Made by a program: the position numbers and the translations under genes. DNA of 64,000 nucleotides, taken from assembly GCA_002189035.1 (NCBI GenBank), contig NEEC01000027.1, positions 1 through 64,000 of the forward strand, read 5' to 3'. Below, piece by piece: positions 34,106 to 46,122 of this stretch; positions within the stretch are counted from its first letter, which is position 1, and each line of letters begins with the position of its first letter. Source of the stretch: Utricularia gibba. Its lineage: Eukaryota > Plantae > Magnoliophyta. The notes beneath the pieces are model-generated. The model was given only the letters and a program-made list of their open reading frames with translations. It did not search any database and was not told where the DNA came from.

Positions 34106-37100
34106 ATGCAATCCCCAGCCATGCGTGGTGGATTCCGACCGTTGTACCTCTGCAGAAAACTCAAGGATCTGCCTAAACAAAATCGGAATTTCTACTGCCA
34201 ATTCCATGACTATTCAAAGCCGCTCCGAAAATTGCACTCTTCTTCATACCGGAGCTTTCCCTCACAAACACCCGCCGAGCCCAATGATGCCACTTACTCC
34301 AGCTGGTCAATTTTCAACTCCTCTCCGCCAACGCCTCCAAATGATTCTTCTTATCGAAATGACTCGTTTGTTGAAACTAGTTGCGACCCTGCCGCTGGCC
34401 GTGTCGTCACTAAAAGAGAACGTAATGGTCCCAGCAAACCTTACGCCGGAACTGAAAAGGCTGAAAATCCTAGTGTGGAAGTAAGAAGCAATGTTTACGG
34501 GGAAGTGATTGGTAGCAGTAGCGCGACCAACTCTATGAGAAAGAAGGGAAAAACTAAAAGTGTTCATGTTTGTGGGAGTTGTGGTTATTCGGACGGGCAA
34601 TGGTGGGGAACTTGTCGTCAATGTGGAGAAGTCGGCACGATGAGGCGGTTTACCATCGAGAGTGGGGACAAGAAAGTGAGTGGGATTGATGTTTCAGAAA
34701 ATTTGGTGAGATCGTGGTTACCAGGCGACATTTCTTCACCAAAACCTATCAGATTGAATGATGTTTGTGGTCGCATGGATGAGTTGAACTGGAGATTACC
34801 GTTGTAAGTAGACAGCAAAATCCCTTCTTGTGTTTGTCCTTTATGTGCTACAAATGTGGAGGCATTCCAATGGAGTTTGGAGAAGGATGCTGCCTCCACT
34901 GCTTTCTTGATTTTGTGTAGTACTCAATAATTTTTTTCTTCTTATTGTAGGCCTGGACCGTTCGGAGCCGAAGTGGCAAGAGTTCTTGGTGGTGGCTTAG
35001 TACCGGGTATGTCCATTCGCCTTCAGCAAAGATTTTTTTTACGACGTTTTCCAGTAAGAAAAACAGACCACTAACCTACAATTTGTTTTTAAAAAAATTG
35101 GCGCGATACTCCTTTACGTATTTAACGATTTTCTTGCAGGTTCTCTTGTATTACTTGGTGGAGATCCAGGAGTTGGAAAAAGCACGATGCTGCTGCAGGT
35201 AAAGATACTGTTGATTGGAAATTTTGAGAAACTTTGCGTGTACATCTTTTATGTTATTTGAACTTGTATTTGAAGGTTGCTGCATTATTAGCCCAAGGGA
35301 AATCTACTGGTGACCCGGCTCGAGTTTTGTATGTATCTGGGGAAGAGGTATCCTTTAAAATGTAGAAACTATAAACTCTTGATTGTGTTGTGTCTGTGTA
35401 AGCTAGTAATTTTACTATGGCAATGCTTTTGCACTTCTTGGAATTGTCCTTAGAGTTTCTTGTACGTTTAAATTGGATTTCCATGGCCAGCTCATCTGAG
35501 GAGCTTGGAAGATGTAACTTAACTATAATGGGTATGTAGTAGACTAATTGAAAAACTCACAGCTATTATTGCTGATGCAGAGTATTGAGCAAATTGCAAA
35601 CAGGGCTAGACGTCTGTCTGTCGAAACTGAAGAACTATTTCTGCACTCGAGTACAGATATTGAGGTTACTATTTTAGAGCCCTTGATCAGCTTCCTTTGA
35701 AAACCCTCATTATCTTGTAAGTGTGTTTGTATGGGTTTTTGGAGGTAACTGAACTTAAATGCTTACCATTAGATGGGATTTCTAATACTATATGTTGAAA
35801 TTTCATGTTTGTTGCTTCCACTCATCAACGTGCATTTCTGATAGGATGTCTTGGAACAATCCCAAACTCTGTCTCCGAGAGTCATAGTTATTGACTCTAT
35901 TCAGACAGCCTATTTGAAGGGAGTTACTGGAACAGCTGGCGGCTCATCTCAGGTTTCATTTTATCTGATCTGTGGCTTATTATTTGTTTGCCAACTATGG
36001 CAGTTAACTCTACCAAGCTCATAGTTCTATCACAAAAATACTATCAGCATCCTGTTTTATGGGTGGTACTCTTCGTGCTATATGTTGTGCTCAATTGTTT
36101 ACATTCTGTTCATTCTGGTTATAACTTCATTGTTGCTATTGGTTACAATTTACTTTATTTATTGATTTGCTCAGATGTAGATGTGCCACTGTTGGAATGT
36201 AATAAGCAACACAAACTGGCTGTTGTGCAGGTGAAGGAGTGTGCTTCTGCACTATTGCGGTTTGCTAAGAAGACAAATATTCCGATATTTTTGGTTGGTT
36301 GTTTTCATGTTCTATGTTTGCTGTGCAGTTCCTTATGTTGCTCTTATCTTGATTTTCTCTCTCCTTGCAGATTGGGCACGTGACAAAAGCTGGGGACATA
36401 GCCGGACCTCAAGTCTTAGAGCACATTGTGGATGTTGTTTTATATATGGAAGTTGGTCTCTTCTGATATTTCCTTATTTATCATTTGGTATTCGTGTATT
36501 CCCATTCCTAATAAACAAGTGAAGAAATTCAGACACTCCTATCATCTTCCAAGGTCGTTTGATAATCTGATGCACACTTGTAGGGAGAGAAAAGCTCATC
36601 TCATCGATTGTTGCGAGCAGTCAAAAATAGATTTGGCTCAACTGATGAGGTGATCATGTTCCAAATTCTCTACTTTCATCCACTCGTAATTTCATGAGCC
36701 ATGAAAAGGACATGAATTTTCTTTGGCAGCTTGGTGTATTACAAATGTCACCTTCAGGACTACAAGGAGTGTCAAACCCCAGTGAGATGTTCTTAGGTGA
36801 GCAGCACTCTATATCAGACTATCTTGCTGGACTGGCTGTAGCTGTAATTATGGATGGCTCTCGTGCATTTCTTATTGAAATTCAGGTAAGGTAGTTTCTC
36901 TTATTATTATTATTTGGCTGCTTAAAACTAAGAATTACATGGATTATGGCCATTAGCACTATGTCAAGTTTATGGTTCGTTCATCAAATTAGTTATATTT
37001 TAGGAAGTCCGAAAGTCCGAAACTAATAGGTTGATTTTCCTTTTAATCCAACCTGCTATATCTGCAGGCATTATGTGTTGTAGGAACGTCCCTTATGATG

Positions 37101-38030
37101 CACATTAATGGTGTTCCAAGCAGCCGAGCCTCCATGATCATTTCAGTTAGTGGTTCCCCCGACATTCTGATTTTAGTGTGTTGTTTGCTGTTTGAACTGA
37201 TAGCATGATTTTATTTCCCATACTCTTTCTTTCACATGATTCAGTGTTGTATGACTGGCATTGTCTCAATTTGTACACGTTTGATGAAAATCTACTGAAA
37301 AGCGCATGTTCTATTCAGGTCATTATGAAGCAAGCAGGTCTTAAGCTGCAGGAAAATGTAAGATCATTTGCTTGGAATCAGTTTTAATTGCTGATCCACC
37401 CAAACCCTGTACTTGTAGATGAATCATTTGCCTTCAGTGTTTACGACGTTGCCTTTTTTCCCCCTTTATTAGGCAATCTTTCTTAATGTGGTTAGCGGAG
37501 TTAGTCTTACAGAGACTGCAGGAGACCTAGCCATCGCAGCAGCCATCTGCAGCAGGTACGGCTGTGTTTCATCTTGTTTTCGTATTGAGTAGGCCCTGGG
37601 TATTTGAAGCAGGACTTGTATCATCAACTTGGATATTGTAAGTTTTTTCCTTATGGCCTGTGATAACTTGTGGGGGTTTTCCCGCATTCTCTTCAGCTTC
37701 TTAGAATTCCCAATACCAAAAGGTGTAGCCTTCATTGCAGAAGTTGGCCTTGCTGGTGAGCTTCGAATGGTCAGTAGGAGTGATGCATTTGGTTTAACAC
37801 CTAGCAAGAGCCATTCTATGCAACTGTGTGCAAACTCGTAATACTGGTTGTGATAATTATAGGTACCTCAAATGGAGAAAAGAGTCAACACTTTGGCGAA
37901 GCTTGGGTACAAGAAGTGCGTCGTTCCGATGTGTGGTGCGATTGCTCTGTCAGAAGTCCGGACTCAGGGCATGGAGATTTTGGGTTGCAATAATCTGAAG
38001 GAAATGATTATGGCTGTTTTCACAAGATGA
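34106..38030 (+). CDS. RADA: Organellar DNA repair protein RadA/Sms homolog, multi-exon
   Basis: Transit-like N-terminus, Zn finger CGSCGYSDGQWWGTCRQC, Walker A GGDPGVGKSTMLLQ, VIDSIQT, IGHVTKAGDIAGP, LRAVKNRFGSTDE and a Lon-like C-terminus (FIAEVGLAGELR). Exons traced to TGA at 38030. Confidence 0.95.
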
Positions 38031-38398
38031 AAACTTGTAATAGTGGTAGACTCCGTTCTTTCGTTCCGGTGTTGATTTACCGTGGGAAACGTGGTTTTTT
38101 TTTGTAGCTCCTCCGGTAAGGTACCTGAGCCTGGTGCATGCACAATTGTAAGAAAGAAATGTAGGCTTTTGTTTCATGGGAACATGAAGAAAAATGGAGA
38201 AATGAAGAAAAATGAACCTCCTCTACGCAAGACAAAATTGGTGTGTTTTGATCACGTCCTTCGTAATTTGATTACCCATTTAAGTTGTTTTTTGGGCAAT
38301 TTTGACAATGCTTACTTTCTAGACTCGAACTCGATTCGTTTCCAAATCCAATCCAATGCAGAATGGTAGACCAGGGCTAAGGTTTTGAAAGTACACTA

Positions 38399-38541
38399 AG
38401 CCCAATATAAGATGGGGCCACTCATGGACAGATCAGGCTGACCCATTAGTCTTCTCAATGACTTATGGACCTGTCAACCAGCGTGAGGCGAATGCCAATT
38501 CTGATTTTTTGAAACAGAGAAGCTCCCTCTTAAACCCTAAA
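38399..38541 (+). promoter_or_regulatory. Site II and telo-box upstream of MMS19
   Basis: AGCCCA 38399-38404 and AAACCCTAA(A) 38532-38541, ~65 bp before the ATG. Confidence 0.5.
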
Positions 38542-38605
38542 CTCCTGGCAAAGCCTAAAGCCTTGGTGACAACGGCTCTTCCCTATCGTGAACTTTATTT
38601 TCGGA

Positions 38606-41600
38606 ATGGCGGTTTCTATTCGATGGATATCGCATGTCGAGTCCTATGTTAGTTCATCATCTACTGCATCGCAGCAGGTGCGTTGATTTTTTGCTATTGT
38701 TCGGGAGATGCCATCAAATGAGTAACTTTTTCTGTTCATATTTGCAGGGTGCAAGTTTGGATGCCATTGCAGCGCTGCTTAAGTCTGATTCTTTAAGTCT
38801 CGAAGCCCTTGTAATTTTTTTTTTTCCGTTTCTTTTCATTTCAGTTATCCGAGCACTTGGATTCATTTTTTTGTGTTCATATCGTCTCCGTGCATTGCCT
38901 TGAACTGATTAAAGGTTAGGGAAATGGAAATGTACTTGACTACTTCGGATAGCAACATCCGTTCAAGAGGTAATGATGCACTTGTATCGTTTTGGTATAA
39001 TTCCTATTATTGTTTTGGCATGCGTCTTTACTCTTCTTTTTCTGCTTTTAGTGATTTTTTTTGTAAGCTTATTCAGGAATTTTGCTTCTCGGTGAACTTC
39101 TATCAACACTGGTGTCCAAGCCGTTGGATGCTACTGTGTTACGAACACTTATACGTTTTTTCACAGAGAGGCTGGTTAGTAAACATGAATAGGAATGGCC
39201 GCTTTGATTTGGATTGGGATATGCAATAAGTATTTGATGAATATTGCCTTGTAGATGATATTCTATGTTGTATCTTGCACATTTCTACCGTGGAACTCAA
39301 GTAATTCTAATGTGAATCAGGCAGATTGGAAAGCATTACGTGGGGCGCTTGTGGGCTGTCTGGCTTTGTTGAGGAGAAAAGTTGATGTGGGAACAGTAGG
39401 GGATACCGAAGCAAAAGCTGTTGCTCACTCACATCTTCAAAACCTGCAAGTTCAATCCCTTGGGCAACATGACAGGATGGTCAAGCCTGTTCTTAATTCG
39501 TTAGTGATATTTTTTTATATTTTATTCTCATTGATAGTTTTCTTCATTACTGAATTTTTCAGCTCAGTTTTCAACTTATGGAATGTCTGCTTGATCACTA
39601 TCCTTGTGCAATTGCGGATATGGTAAATAAATAATTTAAGAGGCTTCATGTTTGCATTAGTTTGTGCAGGCAAGAACGGTTGTTGTGTTTTGGCTTCGGT
39701 TAATGAAGCCTAATGCTTACACTGATTTTCATTATCTCTTAATTAGCTTTCTTTTTCTCTCAACCTTAGGGGGATCATTTTTTCTATGGAGTCCTTGAGG
39801 CTATTGATGGTGAAAAAGACCCTCAATGCCTGTTGTCTGTATTTCATATTGTGGAAAGCCTAAGCCGACTGTATCCTGGTCCAGCCAGTTCGTTGGAGAA
39901 CCACGCTGAAGATATCTTTGAAATATTAGGCAGTTACTTCCCCATCCATCTTACACATGTGGGATTTGTTTTTAGATTTTCCATCTGTTCTTTATTTTCT
40001 GTTCATGAAATTGAGGGTCTATAAAGCTCTATGTAAAATTCTGCATGCCAAAGACATACTCAGACCACCATTTGGTTTTTGTATATTAAAATGATGCTTT
40101 GCAACATCCAATCTAACTTCAACTCGATATCTGCCCAGACCAAAGATGAGAATGATGATTTGATGACAGAGGAGCTGTCAAGGGCATTGATGGTATGTAA
40201 TTAGCTTTCTGATGTGAAAATTGAGTTGTAGTTGATGAAATAAAATATATTTACCAGACTAGAGTTTATGCTCCCCATTTATGTTCTTTATGTTACCTCA
40301 ACGTGTTTTCTCCACCATGAAGTTTATGTTCATTAACGGTCTTCCAGATGGCTTTTGCTTCAACACCATATTTTGAGCCATTTTGTATACCGTTGCTGCT
40401 GGAAAAGTTATCTTCTTCATTATCATTGGCTAAGGTTTGTCATGTACTCTACTGAGAGGCTGTTTGCTGTTTGGTGCTAAGAGGCTTTTCGCTTTGGATG
40501 CAGCTTGATTCATTTAGGTATCTATGCCATTGTGTAGTGAAATATGGAAAAAGCAGAATGGTCAGGCATAGTGCAGCCCTTTGGTCGTCTATCAAAGATG
40601 CAGTATATTTTTCACCTGACTCTGTACTATCTGTGGATTCTGAGTTTGGTGCGATGAATTTTGTGGAGAGTGATATTATGGTAAACGCGTTCATGCTTCT
40701 TCGAGAAGTTATTCTACAGAATGATGATTTCATCCACCTAGTCGTAGAGGACAGTGAGATAAATATATTCATTGACTCCCTGAATCATTACTCAGACTTT
40801 GATGATATCCCGTTTTCAGTGAAACAAAGATTGCATTCTGTTGGTCATATTCTTTCAACATGTGCTGAACTTTCTTCTGCATCATGCAACAAGGTGTTTG
40901 AGCATTTCTTTCCTCTACTAATGGTTGGTTTGGGAATTTCTGCGACTAAACCTTCTGAAGTTGAGTATTTGTATGGAAACTGTTCTCATATCAAACATAG
41001 GTTTGGTTCGCTATATCTCTCTACAAATATTCTTGCCGCATGTAGAGATTTGGCTGTGTCTGTAGATGATATCTCCTCTCCGCCAGATCATACAAACCAT
41101 ACCTGGTGTTCTATGCTTAACATTTTTTTTCATCCGATGTTTCTAGCCTTTTTATCTGTTGTGAAATCTGATATTCTACATAGGCATTTTGTTTGTCTCG
41201 GAGGTCAGTACTCTTTGATGGTCATCTGATCAATTTTATAAGATAATTTTTTTGCGGTTTTTACATCTGTCCATCGCCCCTTATTGCAGTTAACGGCCTG
41301 GTAAGTTTGGCTACATTTCCTGGAAGTCTTCCTTCAGTCCCTGAGTTCATATACGCCAAAATATTGTCCTCGTTTCTTGAAATCCTCACTGGTGAAGGCA
41401 TTAAAGAATTTGTATGGAAACTGGCACTGAGGGCACTCATTGATATCGGATTGTACATTAACAAATGTTGGGGCTCTGCGAAAGCACTGACCTTTGAGAC
41501 TGCAGTTGTTGAAAAGATTGCATCAATAATCTCCTCTGATGATACAACTCTGCCGCTGTCGCTCAAGCTGCAAGTGGCATTTGAAATAGGAGAACTAAGG

Positions 41601-44537
41601 ATGGATTTTATGACTAGAATTGTACGAGCACTGGATGAGGCTATAAATACTAGCATTAATGCAGTTTGTGTATGTATTCTCTCTCACTTCTTTCAAAATT
41701 AGGCGTCATTGTTGTCTTGAAGAATAATTCTGTTTCATATTGACTCCAATTCTTGCATTTCGCTGAGTTTTCTTGAGAACAAGCCTACCTGCCCTCATGG
41801 ATTTCATATTATTGAAAGAAATTCCATGCCAGTCCAGTGGTCATTCTATATCAACTCCGCCTCTATCTCTGTTTGATTGACTTAGGTTTAACTACACACG
41901 TCTGCGATATTGCCTCCCTGAAATACTTAGTCTAAATGTGCAGGTTCATGGGAATCATGAATGCATTGATGTGATTGTCAAGCTTTTAGATGGATACTGT
42001 GAAAGGATCCTTCCATGGTAAGCATATTTGTTAATTTCAGTTCAATGATATGATTTTAAATTTTCTTTGTTCCAGCCATACTCGATCATGTTTTCTTCTC
42101 TATTTAAGAGGAGAAAAGGATGAAAGATTCTAAGGATGCAAACTAAGCATAGGCTGATACTTATTAACGATATTGGCCATCTTACTGAAGTGCTTGTGAA
42201 GGAAATATTCTCAATTGTGTTTCGATACTATGTTTCCAAATTTCTCTATGCTCAACAGGTCCATTAAGAACGGCGATTCCCAAGACATTCCTCTGAATCT
42301 TGCTTTGAGGATCTGGGGCATGGTTGAAAATAATAGCCCTCCTCAGGTTGAAAGGCTCTCATTTGAATTGATGTCTGTCCTTAGACTACAATGCAACTAT
42401 GCAGATGTACTCTACTAATGAAGTGGATGCTGCAGGATATGCTCAGCGCAATATCAATTGCAATGAAAAAGGCTGTTTCCTATTGTTCAGAACGAAGTCA
42501 GGAGACAATAATTAATAAGGCGGCTCCTATACTTGCTTCTTGTGCCACATGGAATTTAGTAGAAAGCATATCTGGAAATTCCTGCATGCAAGGATACCCT
42601 CAATATATGTGCGCTGTCAGAAAATTTTCTAGTAGGGATGAATGTCTATTGTCATTGTTTGCTGCAGTTGTCATAGCGCTCCATCCGCAAACTATTATAC
42701 CCAATGGAGAATTCACCGTGCATTTGTTTATGCTGGGTGTTCTCAATGGCCATATTCCATCAGCACATGCTCTAGGATCTTTTATTAACAAGCTACCTTT
42801 GGTAACATCTGAAATTGATTCAGTTGGAATTTTTAGTCTAAATGAGGCACTGGGCATTGTTTTTAATAGCTTCACTAGGACCAGCCTTTACAGTGGTATT
42901 GACAATGATACCAATAGGATTAAACTTGCAAGATTAAAATTGAAATCCCTTGGAGTTGAGTCATTGATCAATATCATTAAAGGTTTAGCCTGGATTGGTA
43001 AAGGGTTGCTATTGAGGGGCCATGAGCAGCTCAAAGACGTAAGTTTAACATTACTGAGTTTCTTGACATGGGATCATAGGGTTGGAGGCCTGAATGTTGT
43101 TCAGTATCTGAATGATGCTTTTGTTGATGAGGATTCTCATCTACTGAGGAAATGCGCAGCAGATGCATTTCATATCATTATGGGTGAGTCTGAAGAGTGT
43201 CTGAATCAATCTTATTATGCAATTGTGAAACCACTCTACAAGCAACGATTTTTCAGCAGTATCATACCTATTCTGATACCATTAGTCAAAAAGTCTGAAT
43301 CCTCACTTGCTAGGTGAGTATAAATATGTGCTGGATGTTCATTGTCATCCTAAACCAGTCGTTTGAGAAATAAAGTATCTCTAGACTTAAATCTGTTGCT
43401 TATCGTTAGGTTTTCTGTCCTTGTTCTTTTATAGATATCTTGTGTATAGAGCCTTCGCACACATTGTGTCCAACACTCCGTTAGCAGCTGTTTTAGGGGA
43501 AGCCAGGAAGGTCAGTCAAGTGGTTCTCTGTATCAAATGAAGTATATTTTTCTACTTTCCTATCTTGTTATGTTTTGGTATTTTGATGAGACACCAACAT
43601 TTGTGATGCAGCTCGTTCCTGCGGTTTTGGAGTGTCTGTCCATGCTTGTGAAGGCTGCTTTGGACAAGGAAATTACCTACAATGTCCTGCTTGTCTTATC
43701 TTCGATGTTACTGGAGAATAGTGGTGAGAGATTTGTTGACCCCCTATTTTTCAATAGTGTTGTTTCATGAAATAAGGGAAAGATCCTTGTGTAGTTTCCA
43801 TGTGTCAGCCATTGCAAAGAATGAACAGTCTTGTGGAAAATAATTTAGGCTTCCATGTTGATAGTCTACAGTTTGGTTCTCGGACTTCTTTAACTCTTAC
43901 GCATGCAACAGGATATGAAGCTGTAGTAGAAAATATTCCAAGCCTTGTTCACCTACTCGTTGAGCTGACGGCCTACCCTCATATGATGGTAGTGTATTCG
44001 TTCACGAAACCAGCTTTTGTGAAATGTTTGTCCCTTCAATGTAGAAAAACGAGATGAGTTTCGCAATGTCGTTTTTCTCTAGTTCTTTTTTTTTTCGGGT
44101 GATGGTATGAAAGACTTGCAGTTGGTTAGATATACGACAAGACACTTAGATGGTGTAGGTGATCTTTTCAGGGCATCCGGGAAACAGCGATACAATGCCT
44201 GGTAGCTGTATCTGAACTCCCTCACACAAGAATATATCCAATGAGATCAAAGGCACGAGTTGATTTCGTTTTGTCAGCCTTTTGAATATATCATCGTGAT
44301 TGTTCGAGTGTTTTCAGGTCCTGAGAGCCATATCTAAGGCACTGGATGATCCCAAACGGATAGTTCGCCAGGAAGCCGTGCGATGTAGGCAAGCTTGGTG
44401 AGTGAGTTTTTTGGTTTTGTTCAAGCAAAAATATTCCTTTTTCATTTCATTCGACTGACCGGGGGAAAGGTTCTCAGGGGTCACATCGTGTCTAAGCAGG
44501 CCTTTTTTTCTTCATATTTAGGGCTTCAATTGTGTAA
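38606..44537 (+). CDS. MMS19: MMS19/MET18 cytosolic Fe-S assembly and nucleotide-excision-repair protein, multi-exon HEAT-repeat
   Basis: HVESYVSS, VREMEMYLTT, RGILLLGELL, ADWKALRGALVGCLALLRRK, IDGEKDPQCL, YFPIHLTH, GLAWIGKGLLLRGH, PLYKQRFFS and ALDDPKRIVRQEAVRCRQAW. Confidence 0.94.
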
Positions 44538-44784
44538 ATAATGAAAGCCGGAGGAGAACCTTCCTCGATCGGCTGTGCCGCTCGTGATCACAACTAATTG
44601 TCGTGTAAATCCGACGCTTCTTTTCTTTTTTTTTTTGTTTGTCTCCTCAGATGAACTTGATTCATATGAATTTTTGAAGCAGACAGCCGTCCGGGAATTA
44701 GCCTTGAAGAAAAATACCTCAAAACTAAACCATTAAATTCCATTTGTGAAATGCCAGGAATTTGTCATTAAGATTTAACACTAA

Positions 44785-45042
44785 GCCTTTGTTTGATTAG
44801 TTTGTTTAGATGTTTTTGGGTTTAAATTATTTGAATTTAAATAAATTCAAATATGCAGGTATCAAAATATTCATACCTTTCCTTGGTTATATATATATAT
44901 ATTCATGCATAAGGATATTATATGGATATAATGATAATTATATTCATATGATTGATATAATTATATTTACATATCAAACAAACAATGCAATTTTATTAAA
45001 TCTAACATAAGCCTGTGTTACAACTTTATATCAAACAAGGTT
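44785..45042. mobile_element. Putative Tourist-like (PIF/Harbinger) MITE, 258 bp
   Basis: TAA on both flanks (44782-44784, 45043-45045). Imperfect TIRs GCCTTTGTTTGAT / ATCAAACAAGGTT (10 of 13 match). Very AT-rich interior with a 12-bp perfect hairpin at 44828-44853. Confidence 0.5.
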
Positions 45043-45720
45043 TAAAATCAGCATTAAAAAGTAACGCGAACAGGCCAACAGTAACACAAAAGCACCTGTT
45101 TTTTTACATCTTGAACATCAACGTACGCATGTAATTTTTTGTTTTGGTCGCTCTTAATGTGATACTACTGCTGATAAAATGAAACTGGCTCTTCTTTCTG
45201 GTCGTTTCAGTTTTGAACATATTATACACATGTTTGACGTCTGGTTGTGAGGAGGGGCCAGCACATTGTATGTTATTACATGCTCCATCCCATTCAAATC
45301 CATGAATAAAGGTGAGTGAATCCCTCACTTTGAGTCAGTGAAGCCAATGCCACAACACGTTGCAGGTGCAAGCCTTCCTTTGGCCCTAAGCAAACCGTCC
45401 TCGGGACAAAAGTGAGTTGTGTTCGAAAAGACACACTGACACGGAACGGACAGGTTCAGGCCTGGCCTGGTTCTTTGTGAAAATCGAGCGCTCCACCTGG
45501 CTACTGGGACACTGACTTGACAACTTTCGTAGCTCTTTTTATTTAGACCTTTGGACCATCCCCTTTTTTCCCCTTGAAATGAACGCATAGAATTTGACAA
45601 AAACTGATTGCTGGGTAACTGGGGAAAGATGTTTTTACCACAGTTCGGGAATGCATATCTATAAATACCAAGCTTACAACTGGCAGGGGCTTGTCTTGAA
45701 CACAAGGCATCGATCACCAA

Positions 45721-46122
45721 ATGGAGCAAAAGTCGTCAGCAAAGATGGTCGCGAATAAATTCCAAAAGATGTTCGGCATTGCCTGCCTCGTCTTGAGAAA
45801 GGGCGTCTCAGGGGGCAAGCTGATCGCGGAACTTAGCCTCATGATGCTCCGGAGCAGGTCACGGAACTCTGGAGCCTCCCGCACTAGTAATCTCAGTTTC
45901 AAACATCTACCTGGAGATGATATCCTAACAGACTTGTTCATGGAGCCCACCATGACCCTTCCGGAGTTCGGCCGCACACCGCCATTGGTTAGGCAGGTCA
46001 GAGTAACGGACTCACCATACCCTGTAGTGGAGATCGAAGACGATCATGGTGTCGATCAAGCTGCGGAAGAGTTCATACGCAAATTCTACGCGATGCTGAG
46101 ACAACAACACCAAGATGCTTGA
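45721..46122 (+). CDS. DUF761 / Avr9-Cf-9 rapidly elicited 146-like small protein (133 aa)
   Basis: LVLRKGVSGGKL N-terminus, LPEFGRTPPLVRQVRVTDSPYP and VDQAAEEFIRKFYAMLRQQ. Confidence 0.85.
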   Translation: MEQKSSAKMVANKFQKMFGIACLVLRKGVSGGKLIAELSLMMLRSRSRNSGASRTSNLSFKHLPGDDILTDLFMEPTMTLPEFGRTPPLVRQVRVTDSPYPVVEIEDDHGVDQAAEEFIRKFYAMLRQQHQDA

